In this document: piece after piece, positions 60,310-64,000 of the stretch
Layout of the letters: the number at the start of each line of letters is the position of its first letter
Position numbering within the stretch: position 1 is the first letter of the stretch
Assembly (NCBI GenBank): GCA_043228905.1
Contig: JBHGNT010000062.1
Coordinates: forward strand, 62,001 to 126,000
Length of the DNA: 64,000 nucleotides
Direction of reading: 5' to 3'
DNA from: Azolla caroliniana
Lineage: Eukaryota; Plantae; Polypodiophyta
Made by a program: the position numbers and the translations under genes
Notes under the pieces: model-generated
Told to the model about the DNA's origin: nothing
The model's input: only the letters and a program-made list of their open reading frames with translations
Databases searched by the model: none

Positions 60310-63300
60310 TGTTGAGAATCAAGCTCAACATAGCGCCACGTGTGAACACACCTTTTGAGAATCGATGATTACTCAGAAGTCAATAGTCACACCACTACTC
60401 TCTACACATTAACTATGTGTAATAGAATCATATTCTATGACACCTAACTAATGAGTTACATATTCCCCATGACTATGAGTCTTCACATTCCCCAAGAGAG
60501 AGTGGTTGTTGTAAAGTTAATGAAGAGAGAGGGTGACACTATATAAAGCACCCTTCTCATACTTCATATTAGGTCGGTTGTGACTCCTTATTATGCTACA
60601 TTTTGTAATTCTTATTCTACTTGTGAAATATACACCTTCTTCTTGAGTATTTTATTTCTCTTGTCTATCTATGTAGTGTTCTCTCATCTCTCCTCTAATT
60701 CCTCTGACACATACACATAACACACATCTCTTCCGCTACACAAGAATTATACCCGATTCTTTACATGGTATCAGAGCGATTTGGTAACTCGATCTAGCCC
60801 ACTCGCCTCATCGTGATCGTGTGTTATGCTCTACGCCGACGTTCAAGAAGAACCGGCTCATCGCTATCGTAGTGCGACTACATAGCTCGTGTTCGAGAGA
60901 GAAGGAAAAGGAAAGAAGGAAGAAATCTACATCGACAATGAATACTCAAATGGGGAGCGCTCTCCCTAGCGAGAAGTTGGATCGCAACAACTTTGCATCG
61001 CAACAACTTTGCATCTTGGGAGTACAAGATGCACTAATACGTTGTCGGCCAAGGCTATTGGAGCTACATCAAAGGAGCACAAGAAAATCGACCCAACCCG
61101 GAAAACGTTGACTATGCAACGTGGGAGCAAGCGGCAAGTCTAGTGATGTATTGCTTGGCGACATGTGTTCACGACCACATGCTTGGGTACATTGGAGAAG
61201 CCAAGACGCCGAAGGAAGCGTGGGAGAATCTCCGAAAGATTTTCACCGCCAACATTACCGCGAGAAAGCTTCAACTCCGCCAAGAGTTGAATAATATCCA
61301 ACAAAGGGATATGTCCGTCACGAGCTACACCTTGAAGATCAAAGAGCTTTGTGATTCACTCAGCTCCATAAGCGTAAACGTGGAGGATGAAGTGATGGTG
61401 CAAATATGTCTCTGCGGCCTTGCACCACGATTTGGCGCAATGCAGACCGCCGTACTAGCATGGGAGAATCCGCCCTCCTTCTTCGACCTTCAATCCATGT
61501 TGTTGGTAGAAGAGAATCATGTTCAAACAAGGAACAATGCCTCGGAAGGCCAAGTGCTCTACACGCATTCGGATGGAGGAAGAGGACGCGGCTATGCAAG
61601 AAGAGGCCGATTCAGCCAAGGACGTGGCGGACGAGGCGGATAAGGCCCGATTTACGAAAACAACTCGCAATTTCGGCATCAAGATGGAAGCCATCGAGGA
61701 ACCTTCGGAAGAAGGGGGAGCTTCCATTCCGGTCCGAACCGACAAAGCTTGGTCGAATGCGGATATTGCGGAAAAATTGGCCACCACGAAGAAGAATGCC
61801 GTAAGAAGATACGCAAGTCGGCTTCCACTAGCCGACAACTCACCAACTACGCCATCAACTCCGATTATGACGATCGCGGCGGAATGTTAGGGATGAGACA
61901 TAGAGCGAATTCTATGTCGGCCTCTACCTCTACTAATGCCTTTGATCCGGAAGACGTATGGTTCGTCGATTCCGATGCATCGAACCATATGACGTCGCAT
62001 AAAAAATGGTTCCGAGAGCTTCGAGAGCCGGACCAACCCGGCTATGTCGAAACCGGAGACAATACTACGCACCCGATTCGGCACATTGGCAATGTTCTGT
62101 TCGGAGAAGAAGGTAAGCAAACTTATATTAAAAATGCCTTGCATGTACCAAGTATCACGAAGAATTTGGTCTCCGTTGGGCAAATTGTAGAGCAAGGAAT
62201 GCAAGTACGATTTAATCAAGGCGGTTGCTTCATCGAAAAAGAGGGCCGACTCATCGCACGCGGACGAAGAGAGGGCCGAATGTTCATTCTCGACTCACAC
62301 GAGATGAAATCGGCCATGTTCGCAAAGGGCGTGAAAGCCGATTCCGACATAGAGTTATGGCACAAGAGGATTGGCCATATCAACCTCCAAAAGCTCAAGG
62401 CAATGCAATAGAAAGGAGTCGTCATTGGGCTCCCAACATTCACGGAGAAAGAGATTGAAGGCGTGTGTGTGTGCCACTTGCCAATTCGGCAAGCAACATC
62501 GACACCCATTTCCGAAGGAGCGGAACGTGAGCAAAGGCGTACTCGACGTAATTCATTCTAATGTATGGGGTCCGGCTCAGACGGGGACATTCGGCGGAAG
62601 CCGATACTACGTGACCTTCATCGACGACTTCTCTAGACACACCTTGATCTACCCGATGCGGCAAAAGAGCGAAGTGTTCGGACACTTCCAAAAATTCAAG
62701 AATGAAGTCAAGAAAGCCACGGCCCGACATGTACGATGTCTTCGGTCAGATGGAGGCAAGGAGTACTTCTCCGACGAATTTTCGGCGTTTCTACGGAAAG
62801 AAGGAATACGACGAGAGTTTTCGTGTCGACATATGCCAAAACATAACGGAGTGGCCGAACGCAAGAATCGGCACATCCTCGAAGTGGCACGGGCTATGCT
62901 TAACGAAAAGCACATGCCAAAATCGTATTGGGTGGAAGCAGCTAACACAACTGTCTATCTCATGAATCGGTGTACGACATCGAGTGTGCTCGAACTAACT
63001 CCGCATGAGAAGTTCTTCGGAAAGAAGCCGAACATATCGCATGTTTGGATATTTGGATCCATTGCATACGTGCACATCCCTGACGAGAAGCATCAAAAGC
63101 TTGACCCGAAGTCAGAAAAATGTATCCTTGTAGGATACTCACTTGAGCAAAAGGGGTACAAGTGCTACAACCCCTCAACTCGAAAATCTCGCATAAGTCA
63201 AGACGTCGTTTTCGACGAGTCTGTATCCTGGTATGCACCAGAGACAACTTTGACTTCGATTTCGCGCGACCCGGATTCCGCCGAAATAGAGATAGAAGCC

Positions 63301-64000
63301 GAAGATCGACTCACACACATGTTCGAAGAAAGCCCAATTACGACAAGGCTTAGTGGGCCACAAGAGACTCCAAGCGGTCAAAGCACATCTCGGCCGAGTC
63401 CAAAGATGGACAAAGGGAATGCGAAAATGCCGGAGTATGAAGACGATCACTTCGACGACAACGAATCAACTCACTCCCTCGATAGTGAGTTCGAAGGCCT
63501 TGAGATCTGGACAAATGGAGCGGAGAACGCCGTAGTATCCGCAAACGAGAAGCTCCGCCGATCCACCTATGAAAAGAACCCTGTAAACTGCTTCGGCTAC
63601 AATGAGTACATGGCGTACCATTACGCCTTTATGATGAAGGTTGCAACAGTACGGGAGCCGGAAACCTTTTCCGAAGCCAGGAAGGACCCCCGATGGATCG
63701 AAGCAATGAACGAGGAGATGCGTGCACTACGCAAGAATGACATATGGGATATCGTTCCCCACTCACCGCACAAGAAGGCAATAGTCTACAGATGGATCTA
63801 CAAGGTGAAGTATAATGCTGATGGCTCTGTCAATCGCTACAAAGCTCGACTCGTAGCAAAAGGATACGCGCAAACACATGGCGTCAACTACGAAGAGACC
63901 TTTGACCCGATGGCAAAGATGACGACGGTGCGGACCGTGATCGCACTTGCACCTGCAAAAGGGTGGCACCTCCACCAAATGGACGTCAAGAACGCCTTTC
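60310..64000 (+). mobile_element. Copia element: 5' LTR 60310-60765, PBS 60766-60777, disrupted gag-pol continuing past the window
   Basis: TG...CA LTR then tggtatcagagc; 16-bp duplication frameshift at 60981-61012; protease, integrase and RT start ([26 protein letters not shown]). Confidence 0.93.

Larger units (their letters stand above)
51871..62915 (+). repeat. Right arm of the large inverted segmental duplication (about 53136-54730 has no counterpart at the matching position of the left arm)
   Basis: Reverse complement of 32599-41960. Confidence 0.95.

Overview
Eukaryotic land-plant nuclear DNA, probably a fern (inferred from fern-style PLS-PPR fragments and the retroelement spectrum). 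The only host gene is a 7-exon ferric-chelate reductase (FRO, about 841 aa). It is present twice, head-to-head (36277-40266 minus; 55255-59246 plus), on the arms of a large inverted duplication (about 32599-41960 vs 51871-62915) whose identity rises from the centre outwards. The rest is nested transposon debris: several Ty1/Copia and Ty3/Gypsy elements, a solo LTR, a LINE, a hAT remnant and a hAT MITE. The most unusual signals are two. (1) A decayed two-gene DNA-transposon cassette: a Sola1-like DDE transposase with a BAH-like tail (minus) and an intron-containing ParB/Srx-like gene (plus), arranged divergently around an array of about 7 long palindromes. (2) An intron-split fragment of a bacterial-type beta-class N6A/N4C DNA methyltransferase at 42129-42703. 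I hypothesise that these are remnants of one transposon-borne ParB + amino-methyltransferase system. All family assignments come from motif recognition by eye, not database searches.
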